Source: an uncultured Candidatus Bathyarchaeia archaeon (GTDB taxonomy: Archaea; Thermoproteota; Bathyarchaeia; 40CM-2-53-6). Taken from it: 64,000 nt of DNA. Shown here piece by piece: positions 1-9,483 of this stretch. The translations under genes and the position numbers were made by a program. Each line of letters starts with the position of its first letter. Within the stretch, counting starts at the first letter, position 1. The stretch lies in NCBI GenBank assembly GCA_964601325.1, contig CAZRNA010000001.1, positions 4,042-68,041 of the forward strand, given 5' to 3'. The notes below the pieces were generated by a model, which did not search any database, was not told where the DNA came from, and saw only the letters and a list, made by a program, of their open reading frames with translations.

Positions 1-793
1 AACGAAAGTGGTAACGGTCACAGCCGCATCGAACGCGCTTGGCACCAAGACCGAACTGGATGAGGTGAGGAAGATTGCAGGAGCAACGAATGCTTACTTC
101 GTGGTGGACGCAGTACATCACATCGCTCATGGTCCGATGGACGTACAAGCCATCGACTGTGACTTCCTGGTCTTCTCCGGATACAAGATCTTCAGCTCAC
201 ATGGAAGCTTTCTCTACGGAAAGGAACATCTTCTCAAGGCACTCAAGCCATACAAAGTCGCCCCAGCACCAAATGAGCCACCTCACAACTGGGAGTGGGG
301 CACTCGCGACCAAGCGAAGTTTGCTGGCATAAAAGGCGTGACAGACCATTTGGTCTGGCTTGCCGGACAAATCGACACGAAACAGAAGAGAGATGCCAAC
401 GTTCATTCAGACCGCGCACGATCCCTGAAAGTCGCGATGCACGCTATCGAGGAATATGGCCGAGACCTGTCCAAGGCAGTACTGGAGGGACAAGGGAATG
501 CCCCGGGACTGCTCCAAATGCGGCACATGAAGCTCTACGGACCTGCGGAGCCGAAGCGTCTGGAGGAGCGAGATCCGACCTTCTCATTCAGATTCCAGAA
601 CACGTCGGATCAAGCAGTGGTGGAACACCTTTGGACGAAGCACGGTATCGCTCTGCGTGCCGACAACTTCTATTCGAGGGTTCCTGAAGTCTACGATGTC
701 CCGACCATGATACGGATCAGCCTCGTACACTACAATACGCCGGAAGAAGTCGAAAGGCTGCTCAAAGGACTGGATCAACTCGACCAGTCCTAG
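1..793 (+). CDS. Class V aminotransferase-fold PLP enzyme (cysteine desulfurase-like), C-terminal fragment; the gene begins upstream of the window
   Basis: The reading frame stays open to nt 2 of the window. 'FSGYKIFSSHGSFLYGK' resembles the class V aminotransferase PLP-lysine region ('SxHK'). Confidence 0.55.
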   Translation, partial: TKVVTVTAASNALGTKTELDEVRKIAGATNAYFVVDAVHHIAHGPMDVQAIDCDFLVFSGYKIFSSHGSFLYGKEHLLKALKPYKVAPAPNEPPHNWEWGTRDQAKFAGIKGVTDHLVWLAGQIDTKQKRDANVHSDRARSLKVAMHAIEEYGRDLSKAVLEGQGNAPGLLQMRHMKLYGPAEPKRLEERDPTFSFRFQNTSDQAVVEHLWTKHGIALRADNFYSRVPEVYDVPTMIRISLVHYNTPEEVERLLKGLDQLDQS

Positions 794-964
794 AGCCAAA
801 GCACCAACAGGTTAGCCCTACAGCACAGAAAGACGACTGTCCGTTGCAGAACTTCCCCGTCCCGCTAACGCGAGTGCACACGAATCGGCGAATCCCGGCT
901 ATCTTGCTCAACAATCAGAAAACTAATCAATCGAGCTGAAGCACCCTTCCTTAGGTTTCAAAAG

Positions 965-2017
965 ATGCCCGTCCAATGGAATCGCACAGGGTACGTACAG
1001 GAGAGTGTGTTCGACTGCATCGGAAGAACGCCACTCGTTGAACTCAGAAGGATCTGCAAGGCGGAGAGGATCACGACCAAGATCCTCGCTAAACTTGAGT
1101 ACATGAATCCAACCGGGAGCCTCAAGGACAGAATCTACCACGAGATGATCACACGCGCAATCGCGCGACGCGACCTTAAACCCGGCATGGAGATACTTGA
1201 GGCATCAACAGGGAACGCAGGTATCGCCTGCGCGTTTGTCGCAAAATTGCTCGGCTACCCGGCAACGATTGTCCTTCCGTCAGGTATGAGCCAAGAACGG
1301 ATGAAACTGATTCGAGCGTACGGCGCAACGATAGTCAACACACCTGGCGCGGAGAGCGACGTTGACCTCTGCATCAAGAAGATCGAGGAACTCAAACGAG
1401 ACAATCCCGGCAAGTACTGGGAACCCGCTCAGTTCGCAAACCCTGACAATGTCAGCGCTCACTACAAGACGACTGGACCGGAAATCTGGGAGCAGACGAA
1501 GGGGAAAGTGGATTGTTTCGTGGCCTCGCAAGGAACCGGCGGGACGCTTACTGGCGTAGGAAAATTCCTACGAAAGCGGAACCGCAAAGTGCTACTTTAC
1601 GCGGTCGAGCCTGCTGAGGCACCTATCCTCGCAAAGCGAAGGTGGGGAACCCACAAGATCGAAGGGATAGGCGACGGATTTGTTCCACGGAACTTGCACC
1701 TCAAGCTGATGACCGGCGTCGTTACAACGAGCTCAGAGGAAGCACTCAACATGGCACGTCGGCTCTCAACAACCGAAGGCATCTTCTGCGGAATCTCATC
1801 TGGATGCAACGTTGCAGCGGCGGTGAAGATCGCGCGGAAACACCCCAAGCTTCGCGCTATCGTGACGATGATCAACGATACAGGCCAGAGATACTTCTCC
1901 ACAGAGCTGTGCGGCGAAGCCAAATCTGTTGACATACCGGAACGCGAGCATCCTCTCGACGACTACAGTCTGTCGGAGCTGGACAAGTATCAGCCATCTT
2001 GGGAGATCATCGAATAG
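965..2017 (+). CDS. PLP-dependent cysteine synthase / cystathionine beta-synthase family enzyme (O-acetylserine or O-phosphoserine sulfhydrylase-like)
   Basis: 'NPTGSLKDR' carries the PLP lysine motif. 'STGNAGIACA' is the glycine loop. Length is 350 aa, with the typical 'GxTPLVEL' N-terminus. Confidence 0.75.
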   Translation: MPVQWNRTGYVQESVFDCIGRTPLVELRRICKAERITTKILAKLEYMNPTGSLKDRIYHEMITRAIARRDLKPGMEILEASTGNAGIACAFVAKLLGYPATIVLPSGMSQERMKLIRAYGATIVNTPGAESDVDLCIKKIEELKRDNPGKYWEPAQFANPDNVSAHYKTTGPEIWEQTKGKVDCFVASQGTGGTLTGVGKFLRKRNRKVLLYAVEPAEAPILAKRRWGTHKIEGIGDGFVPRNLHLKLMTGVVTTSSEEALNMARRLSTTEGIFCGISSGCNVAAAVKIARKHPKLRAIVTMINDTGQRYFSTELCGEAKSVDIPEREHPLDDYSLSELDKYQPSWEIIE

Positions 2018-2079
2018 CACGCTGAACTGGTCGAGGAAAGCCTATATCAGCTCTTGGAGCTGTCAAGCCCGGAGCGGAA

Positions 2080-2340
2080 TTGGCGGACAGCTTCTTCTTC
2101 AACATCGGACTACTTCTAGGCCTCGCCGGGGTCGCGCTGGCAATAGTTGCGATCTTCATCGCGATTATGAGATCAGCGAGAGGAACCGGGAAAGTCCGCG
2201 GCGGGGGAGTTGTGATGATAGGCCCGGTACCAATAGTCTTCGGGACTGACAAGGAGTCCGCTCGGATCCTGATATTGCTCGGCATCGTCTTGATGATTGT
2301 GCTACTGCTCTTTTCATTGCTCCCGGTTGTGTGGAGGTAG
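2080..2340 (+). CDS. Small two-TM membrane protein with a 'GGxVxxIGPxPIxFG' core, paralogous to the C-terminus of the next gene
   Basis: Two hydrophobic helices flank a conserved G/P-rich loop. The next ORF repeats the same module. Confidence 0.4.
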   Translation: MADSFFFNIGLLLGLAGVALAIVAIFIAIMRSARGTGKVRGGGVVMIGPVPIVFGTDKESARILILLGIVLMIVLLLFSLLPVVWR

Positions 2341-2344
2341 ATGT

Positions 2345-2755
2345 TTGTCTCAACGCTGCGAGATCTGTGGGAACCAGGAAGCACGTTTCGTGTGCAGTAG
2401 GTGTGGCAGGCGAGTGTGCTTGCAAGACTTCCGACAGAAACAGTGGCTCTGCGTAACTTGCGAAACGAGCGCACAGAGGGAGGCACCGGAATTCAGGAGC
2501 GCCTTTCCCGCGGGGCTCTCTTGGATCTTTCTTGCTAGTTTCGCGCTGATATTCATTGGCATGGTCGTGATGATGATCGCTTCTTCCACACAGGGCCATG
2601 GCATCGCGAGCGGTGGCGCGGTGATTCTGATCGGACCGATTCCGATATTCCTAGGAAGCGGACCTGAGTCAAGCTGGTTGATTCTTTTGGCTGCAATAGT
2701 CACAGCGATCGCGTTGGTGGTATCCCTGCTCGCGCGCAGGAAGATGCGCAGCTAG
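2345..2755 (+). CDS. Zn-ribbon (CxxC...CxxC...CxxC) fused to the same two-TM 'IGPIPIFLG' module
   Basis: 'CEICGNQEARFVCSRCGRRVCLQDFRQKQWLCVTCE' is followed by TM-loop-TM homologous to ORF 2080..2340. The start is probably a TTG at about 2345, since the ATG at 2297 overlaps the upstream gene. Confidence 0.4.
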   Translation: MSQRCEICGNQEARFVCSRCGRRVCLQDFRQKQWLCVTCETSAQREAPEFRSAFPAGLSWIFLASFALIFIGMVVMMIASSTQGHGIASGGAVILIGPIPIFLGSGPESSWLILLAAIVTAIALVVSLLARRKMRS

Positions 2756-3344
2756 AAGGCCACTTGCCCGCGTTCTCCAATCTGCCGAAGTTTGGTTTAG
2801 ATAACGACCCAATTACCGCGCCATGGGAGAGAACAGACCTTGGCCACCTAGGCCGAACAACCGTCAGTCTTCTCATCCTAGAAGCTCTCTGCATATGGCT
2901 TGCACAGCTCAATTCAATGGCTACAGGCCTGCGAGTCACACAAGGAAGTGGGACTCGCCTCTTCTTCAGGCAAGTGGGTTCCGTCCTAAATAGTCCCCAG
3001 GTAGTGAACCGTCGGTCTCGATATGACCACACGCGTGGCACCGCTTCAGGCCTGGGGCGTCTTCGTGAAGCTCCCGCAGCCCGCAGGATGGGCAAACCAT
3101 CTGCTCTTGCTCTTCCATGGGAGACCCCGTGCCATCGAAATCTTCCCCTAGCATCCCTCTATCCTTTTTGTCACGCATCCCCGTCGCGCAGGACCGTCGT
3201 CGTGCGTCGACAAAGGGTCGCAAAGGGGCGTTAGGGGGTTCCTTGTAGACGCAGCAGAGTCAAGCTATTTCTACGATCCCAGACTCGGCCACATTCGCTC
3301 GCGAGTTCAACATCGTGATGACTGAGACCATGATGGAATTGAAA

Positions 3345-3611
3345 CTATCGCTTGGGTACGTTCTCGTAGCCTATTACGTCGCCCGTCTCCGCGTCAATCT
3401 GGAAGCGAAACGACTTGCGATCCTTTAGAATCCCTGCTTTCCTCATCGATAGGATGCCTTCTACTTCCCAGACATCCTTTCCTTTTCCGCCGACGAACCA
3501 GATCTTGCTGAACTTGACCTCGACGGGCTTGCCCGGGTATTGCGACTCAAGATAGCGTCTAGCCGCAAACTCCGCCGCCGTGGCATGCTCAACCCGGACA
3601 TCATCGCTCAT
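3345..3611 (-). CDS. Small PepSY-like domain protein
   Basis: The pattern 'KPVEVKF...WEVEG...FQIDAETGDVIGYE' matches the PepSY beta-hairpin consensus. No signal peptide is seen. Confidence 0.35.
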   Translation of the reverse strand: MSDDVRVEHATAAEFAARRYLESQYPGKPVEVKFSKIWFVGGKGKDVWEVEGILSMRKAGILKDRKSFRFQIDAETGDVIGYENVPKR

Positions 3612-3770
3612 GTTGCGACCACTGCCAGTCTACCTATCAGGGCCAGTTCATTTATGGTTTGCATCTGCCCGTGCCTTCGCAGAGCATTCCGCGCTCGCTC
3701 TGTGCATGGCCGGTGCAACCACTCAGCTGTGATACGACGGGAAGGCCGCGGGTAGAACTGGATTCAGATC

Positions 3771-4274
3771 TCATTTTTGCGGCGCTGGACCTTGCTTTCC
3801 GCTAGTCGACTCAACAGAGATTCGCACTATCCCGACTTTGTGCACCGCTTCGTCGTTGCCTGCGAAGCGAGCGAGGATGGCCTCTGGTTGGCGTTCGTGC
3901 TTACGAGCGAGAAGCTCGAGCGCTCGTCGCTTCTCAGAGAGATCTGTGACCACGCTTGCCTTTCCTTCCAGGACCAGTGAGCGATAGGCGTGGTCGCATT
4001 CGCCATCTATGTAGCCCCGGTCTTCGACCACTGTTACGCAGACGCGAGGGTTAGCTTGGAGAATCTTGATTTTGCGACCTTCGGTTGCGCAATGGAACCA
4101 TAGCTGACGTGTCCGCGGATCCCAAGCGAAGTCCACTGTGAAAAGGTACGGTTCGTTTCCCGAACAGCAGGCGACCGTCATGATCCTAACGGAAGCGAGC
4201 ACCTGCTCGATCTCTTTTGGATCGTTCAATGCTTTGTCGGAGCGGCGAAGGTGATAATGTGTCATGTGGAGCAT
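3771..4274 (-). CDS. Pyridoxamine 5'-phosphate oxidase-like FMN-binding split-barrel protein
   Basis: 167 aa. 'IMTVACCSGNEPYLFTVDFAWD...LWFHCATEGRKIKIL' is typical of the PNPOx-like / general stress protein 26 fold. Confidence 0.5.
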   Translation of the reverse strand: MLHMTHYHLRRSDKALNDPKEIEQVLASVRIMTVACCSGNEPYLFTVDFAWDPRTRQLWFHCATEGRKIKILQANPRVCVTVVEDRGYIDGECDHAYRSLVLEGKASVVTDLSEKRRALELLARKHERQPEAILARFAGNDEAVHKVGIVRISVESTSGKQGPAPQK

Positions 4275-4285
4275 CCTTCTCGTCT

Positions 4286-5236
4286 TCAGCCTGAGGTGAA
4301 CATGAAGTCTTTGACCCGGTTCCCGTCGATATCCAAGAGCACGCCTCGGAGGATACGTTCGGCGTATTCCGAGCCTGGATTGAGGCAGAGTGTCCGACCG
4401 ATCTTGAATGTGCCCTTTGACTCATGAATGTGACCGTGTAGCGCCAAGAGAGGCTGATGTTTCTGAATGGCGTCTCTGACGGCGGTGCTTCCTGCGGGAG
4501 CCATCTCAAATCCCCCTCCAGGCTGAACGGAAGGATTAAGGTCCTTGTCTAGTTTGGGGGCTTGGTCAAGTCCGCTGTTGTATGGCGGACAGTGCAGATT
4601 GAAGATGCATCGCTCCATCTCTTGGACTTGAGAGGTCATGCTTGCGACTTTCCCGGCAAGCTCGTCTTCAGGTATGTCTCTTGGGCATTTCCAAGGTGTC
4701 ATGTTGCTGTAGCCGCAACTGATCATCTCGTGCTGATCGTCTATCATGACGACCTTTCCTTCCGGAAATACAACATAGTTGGATGATTGAATGATCGGGT
4801 CGATTGCGAATGTGTCATCGTTGCCGGGGGAGATGTAACACTTAACGCCAGAAACCTTGAGCCGCTCTTCAGCTAACTTCATCCAACTGGCTACCGACTC
4901 GCTCATCAGTCGAGAGAAGAGGGCATCCACCTTCTGTTGGTCGGTCTGTATCTCCTCCGCTTCTTTGCGTGGCGCGCGATATGTGTAGTATCCGATGGCA
5001 CGTATCTTCTTCTCCACAGCCTGAATCTCCGTCTCGTTCCGCATAGACAAGCGTTCGCCCAGGAATGTAGTCGTCCACTCTGATTGCGTCTCAGCAACGA
5101 TAGGGATTATCATCTTCCCGGTTATGTCTCCGCCCAAGATCAGCACGTTGGGCTTGTACTCCTTCGCGGCCGCTAGGAACTTTCTGAAGCAGTCCTCAGA
5201 CCCGTGTATGTCGGTCGCATAGAATATTCTGGTGCG
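4286..5236 (-). CDS. Calcineurin-like metallophosphoesterase
   Basis: Motifs 'ATDIHGS' (DxH), 'ILGGDITGK' (GD), 'GNDD' and 'LHGHIHE' are present. The ORF extends upstream of the annotated Met with no ATG/GTG/TTG but a strong AAAGGAGG SD, so the start is uncertain. Confidence 0.6.
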   Translation of the reverse strand, partial: RTRIFYATDIHGSEDCFRKFLAAAKEYKPNVLILGGDITGKMIIPIVAETQSEWTTTFLGERLSMRNETEIQAVEKKIRAIGYYTYRAPRKEAEEIQTDQQKVDALFSRLMSESVASWMKLAEERLKVSGVKCYISPGNDDTFAIDPIIQSSNYVVFPEGKVVMIDDQHEMISCGYSNMTPWKCPRDIPEDELAGKVASMTSQVQEMERCIFNLHCPPYNSGLDQAPKLDKDLNPSVQPGGGFEMAPAGSTAVRDAIQKHQPLLALHGHIHESKGTFKIGRTLCLNPGSEYAERILRGVLLDIDGNRVKDFMFTSG

Positions 5237-5310
5237 AGTCGTCTTCAGCAGGCCTCCTTTGTTCTATGGTTGCAGAAAAACGGGAGGCCGGAGTAGGCGA
5301 AATCTTTCGC

Positions 5311-6894
5311 CTACTCTGGCGGGAGTTGTTTGAACGAGAGTTCGAGTGGGATTCCCTTGCGGTGGTAGAGCGATGAAACGTAGTAGAGGATAGCTCCCAA
5401 GATGAAGAGGCCTATTGTGAACTCCATCGTGGAGGGGTTTATTGTTCCCACCATTGCTGGCGAGACGCTTGCGTATCCGATCCAGATCGATATCAGCAGC
5501 GTGATGAATCCGAGTATAGTGATCACTGGAACGGGTCCGACCTTCATCTTGACGACCTTTGGTGAAGCCTCGAAGATGTCCTTGCGTCTCCACGGGAAGA
5601 TCATGCCTGAGATTGACGCTATTCCTTGCATGATCATCCAGCCGAAGACAGCGTAGGCGAAGAGGCTCGTCCAGGGCGTCCACAGCCAGATCGCCGTCAT
5701 GATGACTGTGACGATGCTCACGACTATCAGCGCAATATATGGTGATCCGTATCGTGAATCCACCTTCGAAAGTGAGGTTGGGGCGACTCGATCAAACGAC
5801 CATGCGAAGAGGAGCCGCACGCAGACGAAGATGTATGTCATCGAAGACGAGAGTGTCATCATCGCGAACCCGAACAGAGCGACGCCATAGACCAAGGGCG
5901 AGGAAGTTGCAAATCTGAACAGGTTCTCGAAGAACGGTGGATATGCGAGTTTGTAGGCTGCGTCACCTGTTCCGAACAAGAACGCAAGCGAACCGATGAA
6001 CTGTCCACCCATTGTGTAGTATGTTACGGCATAGATGACCCACATTATCGCGCCGAAGAGTACTACGCTCACAGGTATTGCGATCAGCTGTGACCTCTGG
6101 ACTTCCTTTATCTCGCCTGACATGTACACGGACGAGTTGAAACCTAGGAAGTTCATGAAGGTGAAGGCTAAGCCCAAGAGCGTGGCAGACCAAACCATGC
6201 CGGTTGGATATCCGCCTGCTGTCGCGATTGAGATAGCCTGATCGTAGTCCATTCCGGATTGAGCGTTGAAGTTGGCTTTGAATCCGGCTGGACCCACATA
6301 CAGCAGCGCAACGATGTACGCTACAACTCCGATGGCAATCAATGCAAAGAAGACCCAGAAGGCTTTGTGTGAGGCTTTGGCTCCTCGAGAGATGATCACT
6401 GCCGAGATGATGAAGAAGACTACCGAGAAAGCAAAAATGAATTCGGGAGTGACCACAACAGCTGCAAGGTCTGGGTATCCACCTACTTCGAGCATCGGCC
6501 CTAGCGCATACTGGGTGAACCAGGGCATGTAGGATCCTGCAATTCCGAGAATAGCCACGAAGAAGAAGAAGTTGATACTGAATCCCACGGCTGGGTGAAT
6601 GACTCGACTAACCCAGACGTAATCTCCCCCGGACCGAGGCATGGAGGCGGAGTATATTGCGTAGAACAGGCCGATTGGTATGGAGATCAATATGCCCACG
6701 ATGGCCGTGATTGGTAGGTCTGTTCCCGGATACGTGAGCAGTGCCCAGATGCCGTAGACGAACACCGCCGTCGGCGCCATGAAGACAACGTTATAGATCA
6801 TGGCGTCCCAGGCAGAGAGTCGTCGTATCAATCCTGAAGTTCTTCTTGCATACACCAGAGGTTGTTTGCTGGATTCCGAACCTGCATTGCTCAA
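5311..6894 (-). CDS. APC-superfamily amino acid permease
   Basis: 527 aa with about 12-14 TM helices and the typical N-terminal 'LKRxLSxWDxxxxxVGxxIGTGIF'-like segment ('LIRRLSAWDAMIYNVVFMAPTAVF'). Confidence 0.7.
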   Translation of the reverse strand: MSNAGSESSKQPLVYARRTSGLIRRLSAWDAMIYNVVFMAPTAVFVYGIWALLTYPGTDLPITAIVGILISIPIGLFYAIYSASMPRSGGDYVWVSRVIHPAVGFSINFFFFVAILGIAGSYMPWFTQYALGPMLEVGGYPDLAAVVVTPEFIFAFSVVFFIISAVIISRGAKASHKAFWVFFALIAIGVVAYIVALLYVGPAGFKANFNAQSGMDYDQAISIATAGGYPTGMVWSATLLGLAFTFMNFLGFNSSVYMSGEIKEVQRSQLIAIPVSVVLFGAIMWVIYAVTYYTMGGQFIGSLAFLFGTGDAAYKLAYPPFFENLFRFATSSPLVYGVALFGFAMMTLSSSMTYIFVCVRLLFAWSFDRVAPTSLSKVDSRYGSPYIALIVVSIVTVIMTAIWLWTPWTSLFAYAVFGWMIMQGIASISGMIFPWRRKDIFEASPKVVKMKVGPVPVITILGFITLLISIWIGYASVSPAMVGTINPSTMEFTIGLFILGAILYYVSSLYHRKGIPLELSFKQLPPE

Positions 6895-7012
6895 GTATGA
6901 TCACATTCCTGCCTGCGCTGCTGTCTGACTTCATAAAGCTTGTTAAGAAAACAGGCTTATCTGTGAGCCGACGCAACAAATCGTTTTCCAATCGTTTGGG
7001 GAGACCGCAGAA

Positions 7013-7825
7013 ATGCCAAGCACCACTGATGATGCCATTCTGGACGATGCAGTTCGCATTGTGAATCAGGCCCAAGAAGCCGGTTTGACGGTTCGCCTCC
7101 TAGGTGCACTAGCGGTAAGAGTTCAGGCCGGCGCGAATGCGGATCTTTTCTATCGACTAGACCGACTAGGTTCCGCAGGGAAGAACTTCACCGACATAGA
7201 CTTAGTTGCGTACAGTAAGCAACGCTCGAACCTGCACAAGTTCCTTGAGGGCGCGCTCCGTTACAAGCTCGATCAGTACGCTGTCTTGATGCATGGTCGC
7301 GATCGGACGATACTCCATCACCCGGAAGGGAAGTACTCGATAGATGTCTTCTTTGACAAGCTGCGTTACAGTCACGAGATCCAATTCGGCTCGAACCCTG
7401 ATGGCGGAAGGTTGTCCTTGGATCCGGTCACGATTTCACCGACTGATCTTGTCCTCGAGAAGATCCAGATCCACGAGATAAATGAAAAAGACATCAAAGA
7501 TCTTGTCACCCTATTCGCATCATGCGGAATCTCTGATCAAGAAGGGCCAGGCAAGACAAATTGCAAACACATCGGGCAGGTCCTCGCCGAAGATTGGGGA
7601 TTCTGGTACGACGCCAACTCGAACCTCGACAAGATCATCCATTTCGCGCAGAAATACCGGAAAGATGGTAAGCTAGATTCAGAACGTCTCAACAGTGTCT
7701 TGACAAGAATCAGCGATCTGAGAAAGACCATCGAAGAGACGCCGAAGACCAAACAGTGGAAGAAACGAGAGAAAGATGGCACAAGAAAGAAGTGGTGGAA
7801 CGATGTTGAGGAACGTACCCGCTAG
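7013..7825 (+). CDS. Putative nucleotidyltransferase-fold protein (minimal NTase-like 'GS...DIDLV' motif) with a Lys/Trp-rich C-terminus
   Basis: 'RLGSAGKNFTDIDLVAY' resembles the pol-beta superfamily hG[GS]x(n)DhDh motif, but the spacing is short. Nothing else is recognisable. Confidence 0.3.
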   Translation: MPSTTDDAILDDAVRIVNQAQEAGLTVRLLGALAVRVQAGANADLFYRLDRLGSAGKNFTDIDLVAYSKQRSNLHKFLEGALRYKLDQYAVLMHGRDRTILHHPEGKYSIDVFFDKLRYSHEIQFGSNPDGGRLSLDPVTISPTDLVLEKIQIHEINEKDIKDLVTLFASCGISDQEGPGKTNCKHIGQVLAEDWGFWYDANSNLDKIIHFAQKYRKDGKLDSERLNSVLTRISDLRKTIEETPKTKQWKKREKDGTRKKWWNDVEERTR

Positions 7826-7834
7826 GAGCCGCGA

Positions 7835-8776
7835 GTGGGCATGATAAGAATACCAAAGAAACCTACGGAGAGGATGACGCAGCAAGGCGACTGTGTCTTC
7901 GGACCGAACGTCAAACCAATCGCTTCCGTCGTGGATGGTGAAACGGTCGAGATTGAGGCCTACGACTGCTTCGCAGATACCGTACGACCAGAACACGACT
8001 GGAAGAAAGCGCTAGAGTCGGGCCAGGAGATATTCGAAAATCCAGTAACAGGCCCCATTCATGTGGACGGAGCAGAACCAGGAGACACGCTCGCGGTAGA
8101 TATCGTCAACATTGAAGTGGGAGAACGAGGCGTCACAGCTCTCGTTCCCGGTTTCGGCGTCCTGGAAGGTTGGTTTACTCAGGTTCCTCCTCTATCAAGG
8201 TTCAGCGAAATCAAGGATGGAGAGGTGACTTTCCCGACATCGGGAGGCAAATCAATCAAAATGCCAGTGCGACTCATGATCGGAACGATTGGCGTTGCGC
8301 CTGCAACGGAAACCATTGCGACCGTGACTCCATCAAGACACGGAGGGAATCTGGACACACCGGAAATTACAGTGGGAAACAGACTGTACTTGCCGGTCAA
8401 CGTTGAGGGAGCCCTGTTTGCGCTAGGCGACGTTCATGCTACCCAAGGACATGGCGAAGTCTGTGGAACAGGCGTGGAAGTCCCAGCTCGTGTGACAGTG
8501 AAGTTCAACGTGTTGAAGGGCAAGAGAATTGAGTGGCCGAGAATCGAGTCCTCCAGCGAGATAATGACTGTCTGCTCCGCGAGGCCGCTTGAGGATGCCG
8601 CTAGGCTTGCTGTTCGAGAACTGGTAAATTGGCTCGTTGCTGATTATGGTCTTGAAGCGTACGACGCCTACATGTTACTAAGTGTCGCAGGCGATGTTGA
8701 GATCTCGCAGATTGTCGATCCCATGTACACGGTGATTGCGAAGATTCGAAAGCAGCTACTCTCGCAACTGAAGTGA
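7835..8776 (+). CDS. Formamidase / acetamidase (FmdA_AmdA family)
   Basis: 313 aa. 'NPVTGPIHVDGAEPGDTLAVDI' and 'LGDVHATQGHGEVCGTGVE' are hallmark segments of the family. It is paralogous to 20888..21805. Confidence 0.7.
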   Translation: MGMIRIPKKPTERMTQQGDCVFGPNVKPIASVVDGETVEIEAYDCFADTVRPEHDWKKALESGQEIFENPVTGPIHVDGAEPGDTLAVDIVNIEVGERGVTALVPGFGVLEGWFTQVPPLSRFSEIKDGEVTFPTSGGKSIKMPVRLMIGTIGVAPATETIATVTPSRHGGNLDTPEITVGNRLYLPVNVEGALFALGDVHATQGHGEVCGTGVEVPARVTVKFNVLKGKRIEWPRIESSSEIMTVCSARPLEDAARLAVRELVNWLVADYGLEAYDAYMLLSVAGDVEISQIVDPMYTVIAKIRKQLLSQLK

Positions 8777-8861
8777 TGCCGAGCATTCTGGTCACTCTCG
8801 GTCCGTCCAAGCTTGGGGAATGCGTCGTCTGCGTGGATTGAAGCCTCAACGCTTCGGAAGC

Positions 8862-9407
8862 CTATGAAAACGGCCAGAAATGTATTGGTGGGATGTAACC
8901 TATCAAGCTCGTTCCCATCAGAACGAGAATCGCTTGCAGAATGCATGCGATGCCGATGATGATGGCGATCGGAGCAAATGACAATATTCCACCGATACTT
9001 CCGAGCAGATCCTCAGCAAACTTGAACAGCAAATACAGAAGCAGCGTCGCCGCGACGAACACTATGATTAGCACAATCATTGTGACTTGGAAGGTGGTGT
9101 AGGCGTAGTATGATGCCAGCAAGCCTACAGCCAAAGCCACCAGCGCGGCCCAACGGACTCCCCTGACTGGCCTTAGGAAGAGCATCAGCCCCGCGACTCC
9201 GAGGATGACTAGTGTGAACACGTCATAGTGCCCGCTTGAGAAGACTACGTACACGAGCACGAGGGCAAGGACCCCAAGGAAGAATCCAATTACGACGAGA
9301 ACACGAGAGACCGGCTTCAGGGGGCCCCTAAACAAGGGTGCAAGACACACGAAACCGACGGCTAGGAGGACGATTGGAAGGTTCTGGACAAAGAGTCCAA
9401 GATCCAA
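8862..9407 (-). CDS. Hypothetical polytopic membrane protein
   Basis: 181 aa with 5-6 hydrophobic helices and no motif. Confidence 0.35.
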   Translation of the reverse strand: MDLGLFVQNLPIVLLAVGFVCLAPLFRGPLKPVSRVLVVIGFFLGVLALVLVYVVFSSGHYDVFTLVILGVAGLMLFLRPVRGVRWAALVALAVGLLASYYAYTTFQVTMIVLIIVFVAATLLLYLLFKFAEDLLGSIGGILSFAPIAIIIGIACILQAILVLMGTSLIGYIPPIHFWPFS

Positions 9408-9483
9408 TCAGTCTGCCTTCTTCTTGCAGCATTCCGCTGCGGCTTGGTAGAGACGACGCGTGGGCGAGTTGCTACACAGTCCT

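Noticed and set aside
2700-3095. Arg-rich 131-aa minus-strand ORF and 156-aa plus-strand ORF in the gene-poor stretch
   Set aside because: Their composition (poly-Arg/Pro/Ser) is typical of out-of-frame GC-rich sequence, and they have no motifs.
3030-3110. Segment 'CAGGCCUGGGGCG...GUGAAGCUCCCGCAGCCCGCAGG' vaguely resembling SRP RNA helix 8 (CAGGNCCGGAAGGNAGCAGCC)
   Set aside because: The universally conserved GGAAGG is absent on both strands, and no flanking helices or 5'/3' complementarity are apparent.
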